Shown piece by piece: positions 1-7,701 of a DNA stretch of 24,000 nucleotides. Made by a program: the position numbers and the translations under genes. The stretch comes from Microcoleus sp. B6-A1 (lineage in GTDB: Bacteria > Cyanobacteriota > Cyanobacteriia > Cyanobacteriales > Microcoleaceae). The notes beneath the pieces were generated by a model. It saw nothing but the letters and a program-made list of their open reading frames with translations, had not been told where the DNA came from and made no database searches. Positions within the stretch are counted from its first letter, which is position 1, and the number at the start of each line of letters is the position of its first letter. The stretch lies in assembly GCA_036705085.1 (NCBI GenBank), contig JAUBTU010000002.1; one strand, given 5' to 3'.

Positions 1-1
1 G

Positions 2-583
2 ATCCGCAACTATCCGGGGATCTTCTTTCCCACCTTCATTGCTGCGATCGTCGTAGAATTAATTCTATTCTTCGTCGCCCGCGCCGCCGCCGAACAAGGC
101 AACAAAAATACCGCTTTGCCCCTGCTGGCAACCTACAGCCTGCTTTCCGGCTACACCCTCAGCGGGTTGGTGTCTGTAGCCCTCAGAAGCGAAGGCGTCG
201 GCATCGCCGGTATTGGTTTTGCTGCACTTGGATGTGGCATTACTTTTATCGCCGCCCGCCAAATTGGCTCCAACCTTTCTGAACAAGACGGCATGGCCCT
301 CACCAAAACTATAAGTTTAGGTGTCATTGCTTTGTTAGTCGTCGTTGGCGGTCAGTTTCTGCTCTCTCTCTTTGGCGTCTACACCCCAACTTGGTTGGAA
401 ATTGGCATTTCTGGCATCGGCGTTTTTATATTTGCCGGCGCTGCGATCGTCGATTTTTACATATTACCCCGCAGCTACCGCGACGACCAGTATTTGCCCG
501 CTGCTCTGTCGATGTACTTGACCTACATCAACTTGTTCATCTTTATTCTGCGCTTGCTGATTGCTCTCAACGGCCGCGATTAA
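2..583 (+). CDS. Bax inhibitor-1/YccA-family integral membrane protein; 5' end cut by the window edge
   Basis: The reading frame is open from position 2 to the stop at 581-583. The track ORF 116..583 is only the Met-initiated part. The product is multi-pass and hydrophobic, with the C-terminal '...MYLTYINLFIFILRLLIALNG' typical of BI-1/YccA proteins. A strong terminator follows. Confidence 0.8.
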   Translation: MRNYPGIFFPTFIAAIVVELILFFVARAAAEQGNKNTALPLLATYSLLSGYTLSGLVSVALRSEGVGIAGIGFAALGCGITFIAARQIGSNLSEQDGMALTKTISLGVIALLVVVGGQFLLSLFGVYTPTWLEIGISGIGVFIFAGAAIVDFYILPRSYRDDQYLPAALSMYLTYINLFIFILRLLIALNGRD

Positions 584-600
584 GTGAAACTTTAGCTTAA

Positions 601-640
601 AAAAACCGCGGCTCGATGTCGATCGAGCCGCGGTTTTTGA
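601..640 (+). terminator. Intrinsic (bidirectional-looking) terminator after the BI-1 gene
   Basis: Perfect 12-bp stem ccgcggctcgat (606-617) / atcgagccgcgg (622-633) with a 4-nt loop, flanked by an A5 run upstream and a T5 run downstream. Confidence 0.85.
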
Positions 641-1215
641 TTAAGATTGGGAATCAAGATAGTCTTGACACTCCCCACGGCCCAAGCCTGGGGATTCTCC
701 AAGCTAAACTTGGAAGGGACAGGCAAAAGTCCCCCTAGACGCTCAAAACAATACCCGTATCAAAGATATTGCAATTGCGCTTACTTTTAGAGTTTTTCTT
801 ACTTTCAGAGTCCATCGCACGAGCCAGATAGGTACGCTCCTCACCCTGCCATTATTCGCCCTTTAAGTATTCCGCATCAAAGGCGGATGTCTCCGTTGCC
901 GGGATTTCTCCGCACTAGGATGATTCTTCGCGTAGATGGTTATTCTTACTTGCTGTTTGAATTATATCAAAAACTGAAGGCGGTTGAAACCGCTACCGAC
1001 TTATCCCCGTGTCTAAAGCCAGGGGCCCGGCGGGCTCGTTCTTCGGTCATCTCGTCCTCTCGTCCTCTGTCCGTCATACAAAAAACTTATATCATGTCCA
1101 CAGGCGACAGGCATGAGGTATAATTTTACTTTTTAATCACTCTATCCAAGGTCTTGTTATCTAATTCTGTCGATCGCGATTTCAATATTAATCACAAATT
1201 AATTGGAGAAAACTC

Positions 1216-2799
1216 ATGTACTTAAAATATGAAGATATCAGGAGAGTCAGCGTAGAAATTACCTCCAGGTGCAATGCAGCTTGTCCCCAGTGTCCCCGCA
1301 CCGACAACCCGATTTTGCCGGGGGCAGAATTAAAGATGGAGGATATTGAGAGAATTTTCCCACAAGAGTTTTGCTCTCAGTTGGATTTGGTGTATATGTG
1401 CGGCAACTACGGCGATGCTATGACTAGCAATACCACAATTCCGGCGATCGAATATTGGCATCGCATGGGAGTTCCTCAAATCGGGCTTTATACTAATGGT
1501 AGCGGACGCAATCCCGACTGGTGGCAAGCCCTGGCAAAGGCGATGACAGGAGACAACGACAACGTAACTTTTAGTATCGACGGCTTGGCAGATACTAACA
1601 GCATTTACCGCAAAAATACCAACTGGGATAGAATAATGCAGTCGGTTAATGCCTTCATCCAAGCTGGCGGAAAAGCTGTCTGGCACTACTTGATATTTGA
1701 ACACAACCAGCACCAAGTAGAAGCAGCGCGGGATTTAGCCCAACAACTAGGATTTGTCGAGTTTGTACCGAAAGCTACCTCTCGTTTTGTGGCGAAAGAG
1801 ATATATGAGAAAGAGTCCGCAAATCAACAGCCTCAGAAGGCAGAAAACTCTCAGGTAGATGCCAAGAGCGATCGCCCCAACCAACCAGCAACAACTAATG
1901 CCTCAGCCCCTCAAAATCAAACACAGACGGCTGTTGGGTTGCACCAACAAGCTGAGGACTGTTTGAAACAAGGACAGCTCTCAGAGGCGATCGCAGCCAG
2001 CCAACAAGCCCTAAAAATTCAACCTAATTTTGCAGCAGCCTGGAAAACTTTAGGCAATGCTGTTCAAGGTTTGGGGAAGATGCAAGCAGCAGCAGATTGT
2101 TACGCAAAGGCACTAAAAATCCAACCTAATTTTCCCGAAGTTTATGCTAATGTCGGCAGTCTTTATGCTCAACAGCAACAGTGGCAGCCCGCTAGTGCTT
2201 ATTACCAAAAGGCGATCGAGCTTAAACCCAATTTTGCCGGAGCTTATCGCAATTTAGCTAAAGTGTTGACGCAGTTGGGGCAACCAGAAAAAGCCAATTA
2301 TGCTTGGTATCAAGCTATAGCTATCGAAACCTCTCAAGCACCCGCTCAAACTCAGCCCGTCCCATCAAAGCCAGCCAGCGAAGAACTTCAACCCCCATCG
2401 TTGGAACAATATAAAAATCCACAGGGAGACCAATTTATCCAAGCTGTAGAAAAATTTGGTAGCCTAAACAATTACTACCGAAATGTAGAAATTAGCTGCC
2501 AAACTCAAGCTAGCAAAGACATTTTTATCAGTTTTGAAGCGGAACTCTGGCCTTGTTGTTGGGTAAGTCATACTAAATACGCTGTTTATAATGATACTTA
2601 CAGACCGCAGATGCTGGCTTTAATTGAAAAATACGGAGAGGGCTTTAATTCTCTCAGAACTCAATCGGTGAAAGATGCCCTGGAAAGTGATTGGTTTCGC
2701 GAAGACCTCACAAAAAGTTTTTCCTGTTCTAAAAGGTTGGACGTATGCGCTCACGAATGCGGTAAAACTTTCAATTCCACAGGTTCGCAGTATATATAA
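1216..2799 (+). CDS. Radical SAM enzyme with an internal Q/P-rich linker plus ~4 TPR repeats and a C-terminal Cys-rich (SPASM/twitch-like) region
   Basis: N-terminal CxxxCxxC motif ('SRCNAACPQCPRT') and a 'GNYGDAM' glycine-rich motif mark the radical SAM core. The middle of the protein has ~4 TPR repeats ('ALKIQPNFAAAWKTLGNA', 'ALKIQPNFPEVYANVGSLY', 'AIELKPNFAGAYRNLAKV'). The C-terminus reads 'LWPCCW...CSKRLDVCAHECGK'. GGAG lies ~8 nt upstream of the ATG. Confidence 0.8.
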   Translation: MYLKYEDIRRVSVEITSRCNAACPQCPRTDNPILPGAELKMEDIERIFPQEFCSQLDLVYMCGNYGDAMTSNTTIPAIEYWHRMGVPQIGLYTNGSGRNPDWWQALAKAMTGDNDNVTFSIDGLADTNSIYRKNTNWDRIMQSVNAFIQAGGKAVWHYLIFEHNQHQVEAARDLAQQLGFVEFVPKATSRFVAKEIYEKESANQQPQKAENSQVDAKSDRPNQPATTNASAPQNQTQTAVGLHQQAEDCLKQGQLSEAIAASQQALKIQPNFAAAWKTLGNAVQGLGKMQAAADCYAKALKIQPNFPEVYANVGSLYAQQQQWQPASAYYQKAIELKPNFAGAYRNLAKVLTQLGQPEKANYAWYQAIAIETSQAPAQTQPVPSKPASEELQPPSLEQYKNPQGDQFIQAVEKFGSLNNYYRNVEISCQTQASKDIFISFEAELWPCCWVSHTKYAVYNDTYRPQMLALIEKYGEGFNSLRTQSVKDALESDWFREDLTKSFSCSKRLDVCAHECGKTFNSTGSQYI

Positions 2800-2802
2800 G
2801 AA

Positions 2803-2848
2803 GTCAGTTGACTGTTGACTGTTGACTGTTGACTGTTGACTGTTGTCA
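2803..2848. repeat. Heptanucleotide tandem array (GTTGACT/TTGACTG) x5 perfect plus partial copies (STRR-type)
   Basis: Direct reading: cagttgactgttgactgttgactgttgactgttgactgttgtca, starting just after the radical SAM stop codon. Confidence 0.95.
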
Positions 2849-2890
2849 CAAGATAGAAGGAAGAATGCGGTCAAGCGATCGAATTTCATG

Positions 2891-3637
2891 TCACGATTCA
2901 GGCAGGTTATCGGGATCGATCCCTTGCGATCGCAAATACTCAGCTAGGCGTTCGGCTCGCTGTTGTTGAACCTCAGCTCGTTGTTGTTCTACCCTCAACT
3001 GTTCGCGCATCTGCCCCGCCGCTACATCCGGCAGGGGATAGATATTTCCCGACTCGTCGTACCAAACTAGAATTTCTTGCTCGATGCCCCCAATAACTTG
3101 CCCAGATCGCCCCATGCCCAGTCCCACTTCTGGCATCCAATAGGGTTCGCCAATCTGCTGGCGATACTGCCCGTCAATCAGCTTGTAGGCTTCAAACGGT
3201 TGATGGCGATCGCGCCGCCAAAATTCGGGGTTGTAAATAATGTAGTATAAAACCCCTAACCCGGCATAAATCGACATTTTATCGTCGTATTCCCCACCGG
3301 GTTTGTGAGACACCATTTCCAATGCTACGATCGGCACAACCTCGTTTTCTTCCCAGACAGCATAGCTGCGGCGAGATTTGCCCCCTTTTCGGCGCTCCAC
3401 CCCCAAACTGAGAAACCCGTCGGGGACGACAGGCACTTTGGGACTTATTCCTGTAGTGTGATACACCGCCATATCCACCCCAAAGTACCAATCCATGCGA
3501 GCCGACCAAATACCGGTCAGGACAAACAACAATAGGTTCGGCAGCAGATTCTGGTCTTCGTTATCCACAGGGGTATCGTCCGAACAGGGCAGGTCTTCGG
3601 TGGACGGCAAGCTGAATTTTAGTTCTGGGGAAATCAT
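2891..3637 (-). CDS. Uma2-family (DUF820) putative endonuclease
   Basis: 248-aa ORF with the characteristic cyanobacterial Uma2 layout: 'PDGFLSLGV', 'VALEMVSH', 'KMSIYAGLGVLYYIIYNPE', and a Q/R/E-rich C-terminal coiled-coil tail ending '...YLRSQGIDPDNL'. Confidence 0.8.
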   Translation of the reverse strand: MISPELKFSLPSTEDLPCSDDTPVDNEDQNLLPNLLLFVLTGIWSARMDWYFGVDMAVYHTTGISPKVPVVPDGFLSLGVERRKGGKSRRSYAVWEENEVVPIVALEMVSHKPGGEYDDKMSIYAGLGVLYYIIYNPEFWRRDRHQPFEAYKLIDGQYRQQIGEPYWMPEVGLGMGRSGQVIGGIEQEILVWYDESGNIYPLPDVAAGQMREQLRVEQQRAEVQQQRAERLAEYLRSQGIDPDNLPES

Positions 3638-3766
3638 GGCAGTTAACTTCCATCGAGCTCGTTAACCTGATTTTAGATTCTAGCAACTTTTTGGGAATTT
3701 TGATTTTTTAAGGCGGTAAAGTTTTGAACTCAACGGCTTTGCAGTATATCTAAGCAGGAAGGCACA

Positions 3767-3794
3767 ACACGGATTTGGACACGGATACACGGAT
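3767..3794. repeat. Short repeat ACACGGAT x3 (one spaced copy, two tandem)
   Basis: acacggat occurs at 3767-3774, 3779-3786 and 3787-3794, in the prfB/Uma2 divergent intergenic region. Confidence 0.8.
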
Positions 3795-3860
3795 TAATTG
3801 CTGAAATGTCGAAATTTCAGCTAAAATCGACAAGACACCCCACAACTAGGAGAACTAACA

Positions 3861-4977
3861 GTGGAAGTTCTAGACATCAAACACAACATCGAAACATTGT
3901 GCGATCGACTGGGTACAACCCAGGACTATCTTTGACATCCCCGCACTTACAGCCAAAATTCAAGACTTAGAGCAAATCTGCGCCCAACCAGCATTTTGGG
4001 ACGACCAAGATAGAGCTCAAGAAACCCTCCAAGAACTTAATGACTTCAAATCTCATTTAGACCAATATCGCGGCTGGCAAACTAGCTTGGCAGATGCTAA
4101 AGCTATTTTAGAACTGCTGGAGTTAGAAGCCGACGAGTCCCTGTTCCAAGAAGCCTCATCAAGTCTTTCTCGGTTAACCCGCGAACTCGACCAGTGGGAA
4201 CTGCAACAATTACTATCCGGGCCCTACGACGAAGGCGGCGCCGTTTTGACGATTAACGCCGGGGCCGGCGGCACAGATGCTCAAGATTGGGCCGAAATGC
4301 TGCTGCGGATGTACACCCGCTGGGGGGAAAGTCAAGGTTACAAAGTACATTTAATGGAAATTTCCGAGGGAGAGGAAGCAGGTGTTAAATCTGCTTCTTT
4401 GGAAATTGTCGGCCGCTACGCTTACGGTTATATGCGATCGGAAAAAGGCACTCACCGCTTGGTCAGAATTTCGCCTTTTAATGCTAATGACAAGCGTCAA
4501 ACCAGTTTTGCAGGCGTTGAAGTGATGCCAATTCTCGATCGATCCGTCAAGTTGGACATTCCCGAAAAGGATTTGGAAATCACGACTTCCCGCGCGGGCG
4601 GCAAGGGCGGGCAAAATGTTAACAAGGTGGAAACCGCAGTCCGCATCGTGCACCTTCCTACCGGTTTGGCTGTCCGCTGCACCGAAGAACGCAGTCAGTT
4701 GCAAAATAAGGAAAAAGCTTTGGCATTACTCAAGGCTAGGCTGTTGGTAGTTGCTAAGGAACAGCGGGCTTCGGAAATTGCCGAGATTCGCGGCGATATG
4801 GTGGAGGCGGCTTGGGGCAACCAAATTCGCAATTATGTTTTTCACCCATACCAAATGGTCAAGGATTTGCGTACTGGAGTGGAAACAACCGCCATCGCAG
4901 ATGTGATGAACGGCGAATTAGACCCGTTTATTCAAGCTTACCTGCGGCAGGAAAATCAGTTGGTCAGTAGTCAGTAG
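3861..4977 (+). CDS. prfB: Peptide chain release factor 2, with programmed +1 ribosomal frameshift (frame 0: 3861..3932; frame +1: 3934..4977)
   Basis: GTG at 3861 is preceded by AGGAG (3848-3852). Frame 0 reads ...Q D Y L then TGA at 3933-3935 within 'tat ctt tga c'. The +1 frame from 3934 is continuous with track ORF 4087..4977. That ORF carries the RF2 'SPF' motif ('RISPFNA') and the GGQ motif ('[16 protein letters not shown]'). Confidence 0.93.
3927..3936 (+). promoter_or_regulatory. prfB: prfB autoregulatory +1 frameshift site (TAT CTT TGA C)
   Basis: The slippery CTT-T followed by an in-frame TGA-C matches the canonical RF2 recoding site. A weak SD-like AGGA sits a few nt upstream (3922-3925). 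Confidence 0.9.
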
Positions 4978-5022
4978 TCAGTAGTCAGTTGACAGTAGTC
5001 AGTAGTCAGTAGTCAGTAGTCA
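4964..5022. repeat. Heptanucleotide tandem array (TCAGTAG) ~8 copies, overlapping the prfB 3' end
   Basis: Direct reading: tcagtag tcagtag tcagtag tcagttg acagtag tcagtag tcagtag tcagtag. The last prfB codons (..V S S Q stop) are encoded by the first repeat units. Confidence 0.95.
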
Positions 5023-5023
5023 A

Positions 5024-5132
5024 TGAGGACTTCAGTCCGCAAAAAAGCAGGACTTGCATTCCTCACTACGAAAATTTTGGTTTGTAGTGAGGACTTCAGT
5101 CCGCAAAAAAGAAGGACTGAAGTCCTCACTAC
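5024..5132. repeat. Two tandem copies of a long palindromic element (second copy is a perfect 19-bp stem)
   Basis: Second copy: gtagtgaggacttcagtcc (5084-5102), 11-nt loop gcaaaaaagaa, then ggactgaagtcctcactac (5114-5132). An imperfect copy lies at 5024-5069. No T-tract follows, so a terminator role is uncertain. Confidence 0.9.
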
Positions 5133-5249
5133 GAACCAATTTTCTGGTATGATTTTGGGGTTTTGACCGATCGCCCGACCTCCAACAGGTCGCGCGGTCA
5201 AAAAGCTTGATATGATAAAACTTGATCTGACAAACACTAAGGAGAAATA

Positions 5250-5444
5250 ATGACCCAAGTTGTAATAGGCGAAAATGAAGGGATTGAGTCAGCCCTGCGA
5301 CGGTTTAAGCGACAAGTTTCTAAAGCGGGTATTTTCCCCGACATGAGAAAGCACCGCCACTTTGAAACCCCGTTGGAAAAGCAGAAGCGCAAAGCTATTG
5401 CCAGAAGGACTAAGAGACGCTTCCACCGCAACAACAAACCCTAG
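5250..5444 (+). CDS. rpsU: 30S ribosomal protein S21
   Basis: 64-aa basic protein '[48 protein letters not shown]...' matches the conserved bacterial S21 sequence pattern. AGGAG lies upstream of the ATG. Confidence 0.93.
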   Translation: MTQVVIGENEGIESALRRFKRQVSKAGIFPDMRKHRHFETPLEKQKRKAIARRTKRRFHRNNKP

Positions 5445-5455
5445 AATTATTAGCA

Positions 5456-6916
5456 CTAAATTGATTCGGCAGATATAATGCCTTGCGATTCTAGTACCGC
5501 AGCGACTCGGAGAATCACCGCTTCGCTGTAGGGAGCACCAATAATTTGTACCCCCAAGGGCAAAGCGCCGGGCCGCTGTACGGGCACGCAAAGAACGGGC
5601 AAGCCAATAAATGATAGGGGTTGGGTGAACAGTCCGAGATTGGGACGCACTCTTGTTTCTTGTCCGGCTATTACCATTTTCTCGACGCCAATTTCAGGGG
5701 CAGCTATCGGGGTGACGGGTGCGAGGATGATGTCTGTTTGTTGGAATATTTCGCGAATTCGATCGCGGTACCACTGTCTGAATCTCTGCGCTTGCAAGTA
5801 CCAAGTCGCAGGGATCAGGGTTCCCGCTAAAAATCGATCGCGCGTCGCCGGATCGAAGTCTTGAGGGCGCGATCGTAAATTGTCTAAATGCAAGTTTCCG
5901 CCCTCGCAGGCGGTAATGATAAACGCCGCAGCCCTGGCGCGATCGGATTCCGGTATGGTGACAGTTGCAAGCCCCCCTATTTTTGGGGGGTTTGTTGTTT
6001 TTTCTGTGCCTTTACCACAATCCAAGACATTTGTCAAGGCTTTAGCAACTATTTCTACAGCATCCATTGCTTCCGGTTCGGCCCCTGTGGCGAAATACCC
6101 GTCAGCAACAGCAATTCGCAATCCTTCGATGCCTTGATTTAACTGCGGCGAACAAAGTTCAGGCGGGCGTTGAGTGCAAACTGGGTCACGAGAATCAGGG
6201 CCTTGCAGGATATCGTACAGCAGCGCCATATCCCTGATCGAGCGCCCAAACGGCCCCACACAATCCAAACTACTCGAAAATAAAAAAGCGCCAGCCCTTG
6301 ACAAACGGCCGTAAGTAGGCTTAAACCCAAAGACACCGCACAAAGCAGCCGGTACGCGGATGGAACCGTTAGTATCAGAACCGAGGGTGATGGGTACAAA
6401 ACCGGCGGCGACTGCTGCTGCGGAACCGCCGCTGGAACCGCCGGCGATGCGCGCAGTATCGCGGGGATTGCGAGTCGGCCCGTAGTGGCTGTTTTCCGTG
6501 ACGAAACCGTAGGCGTACTCATCCATGTTGAGCGTACCTACAAGCACAGCCCCGGCTTGTTTTAGTCGGGCGACCACGGCCGCGTCCTGGGTAGCCGGAG
6601 GATTGTCAGCGTTGATTTTTGACCCTGCTAGGGTAGTAATTCCGCCGATGTCGTACAGGTTTTTGACAGCGAAGGGAACGCCTGCTAAAGGGCCTGGGTT
6701 TTGGTTATTTGCGATCGAATTATCTATATTTTCGGCTGCTGCGAGTGCGCTTGATTCAGTGATTGCAGTAAAGCAATTGAGGACGTTATCTCGATCGGCA
6801 ATTCGTTCTAATGCCGCAGTCACAACCGCTGTCGCTGTAATTTTACCACTTTTAACCGCTGATGCTGTGGCGACTGCATCCGCTTGTGCTAAAAATTTAC
6901 GTTCCTCTGCGTTCAT
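5456..6916 (-). CDS. Amidase-signature enzyme, AtzE-like / GatA-like amidohydrolase
   Basis: 486 aa with the amidase signature 'GGSSGGSAAAVAAG', 'GSDTNGSIRVPAALCG' and the Lys context 'FAVKNLYD'. It is immediately preceded by a DUF4089/AtzG-like small ORF, the partner expected for AtzE-type amidases. Confidence 0.8.
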   Translation of the reverse strand: MNAEERKFLAQADAVATASAVKSGKITATAVVTAALERIADRDNVLNCFTAITESSALAAAENIDNSIANNQNPGPLAGVPFAVKNLYDIGGITTLAGSKINADNPPATQDAAVVARLKQAGAVLVGTLNMDEYAYGFVTENSHYGPTRNPRDTARIAGGSSGGSAAAVAAGFVPITLGSDTNGSIRVPAALCGVFGFKPTYGRLSRAGAFLFSSSLDCVGPFGRSIRDMALLYDILQGPDSRDPVCTQRPPELCSPQLNQGIEGLRIAVADGYFATGAEPEAMDAVEIVAKALTNVLDCGKGTEKTTNPPKIGGLATVTIPESDRARAAAFIITACEGGNLHLDNLRSRPQDFDPATRDRFLAGTLIPATWYLQAQRFRQWYRDRIREIFQQTDIILAPVTPIAAPEIGVEKMVIAGQETRVRPNLGLFTQPLSFIGLPVLCVPVQRPGALPLGVQIIGAPYSEAVILRVAAVLESQGIISAESI

Positions 6917-6930
6917 CTGCGGTTCAAAAT

Positions 6931-7107
6931 CTAAGGTTCAAATACCGGCGCGACTTCTACTTCTGGGGGTAAGGGGAATTCAGTAACGAGTCGGGCGATC
7001 GCAGCTATTCTCTCGAAGTTTACCACAACACCGGGGCGGTGTTCCGGGTCTAAGGGTAAGTTTATCAGTTCGGCGGTGCGATCGACATATTCTTCTATAT
7101 TTGTCAT
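6931..7107 (-). CDS. AtzG-like / DUF4089 small protein (58 aa); below the ORF-track length cutoff
   Basis: Hand translation of the minus strand from ATG 7107 to TAG 6931 gives MTNIEEYVDRTAELINLPLDPEHRPGVVVNFERIAAIARLVTEFPLPPEVEVAPVFEP. The 'L.L..EHRPGV..N.ERIAA.A' and C-terminal 'APVF.P' patterns match my recollection of DUF4089/AtzG. It ends 14 nt before the amidase ATG. Confidence 0.7.
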   Translation of the reverse strand: MTNIEEYVDRTAELINLPLDPEHRPGVVVNFERIAAIARLVTEFPLPPEVEVAPVFEP

Positions 7108-7166
7108 TTTTTTCTTGCTAGCCTTGGAGTGCGATCGATTATTGTATTGTAAGGGCGATCGGGCTG

Positions 7167-7607
7167 TCAGTTATTATTGCTCAGTTTTTTGTATTCCTCA
7201 GATTGTCTGATATCATCTAAAGGAGATTTTGGCTCTAGTGGTTCATCAGGACAAAACTTTATAGATGTCTGCGTTTCCCCAGACTTTATGTTTTTATTAA
7301 CTTCGATTTGAACCTTTCCTTTTTGCCAACCCTTGGAACCAATTTTGATAATTTGACAATCGATTCCTTCTTCATGCGATTTCCAGTTTATCTCGCCTAC
7401 ACTAATTATTGTTTCTGGGTTAATCTTTAGCTCTCTCATCCAATCCCTTATGTATTGTCCATTTGCGGGAATCCCCAGGATCTCACTCAACTTGCTACCC
7501 GATAGCTCTTTAAACTTTCGTACCAGAAAAGTTGTTTGACCGAATAACAAAACATCATCATCGCCTACTGCCTCATAGTTTTTATTGGATTCAATTTTAT
7601 CGTTCAT
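7167..7607 (-). CDS. KGK-domain protein (cyanobacteria-restricted family of unknown function)
   Basis: 146-aa ORF containing 'IKIGSKGWQKGKVQIEV', the eponymous KGK motif context. The coding region is AT-rich relative to the flanks. Confidence 0.6.
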   Translation of the reverse strand: MNDKIESNKNYEAVGDDDVLLFGQTTFLVRKFKELSGSKLSEILGIPANGQYIRDWMRELKINPETIISVGEINWKSHEEGIDCQIIKIGSKGWQKGKVQIEVNKNIKSGETQTSIKFCPDEPLEPKSPLDDIRQSEEYKKLSNNN

Positions 7608-7635
7608 TTTTTTTCAAAATTCGGGTTATTCCTCT

Positions 7636-7664
7636 TTGATACCATTTCAATATCTCTGAGTCAA
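7636..7664 (-). promoter_or_regulatory. Candidate sigma70-type promoter for the KGK gene
   Basis: On the minus strand: TTGACT (7664-7659), a 17-nt spacer, then TATCAA (7641-7636), ~30 nt upstream of the ATG at 7607. Motif match only. Confidence 0.3.
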
Positions 7665-7701
7665 GGTGGTAAAGAAACAATTTGCGATCGCACTTTTCCA
7701 C

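Noticed and set aside
887-1123. 78-aa ORF upstream of the radical SAM gene, considered as a possible RiPP precursor
   Set aside because: It has no SD or start context. The sequence is low-complexity ('RRARSSVISSSRPLS') and overlaps hairpin/repeat DNA. It ends ~90 nt before the rSAM gene with a promoter-like TATAAT in between. More likely non-coding.
5013-5437. Minus-strand ORFs of 81 aa and 66 aa between prfB and rpsU, and antisense to rpsU
   Set aside because: The first is a translation of the palindromic and heptamer repeats. The second is antisense to the highly conserved S21 gene.
5621-6986. Several plus-strand ORFs (69-153 aa) overlapping the amidase
   Set aside because: All are antisense to the amidase-signature gene, lack motifs, and have biased composition. 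The amidase frame carries the conserved catalytic motifs.
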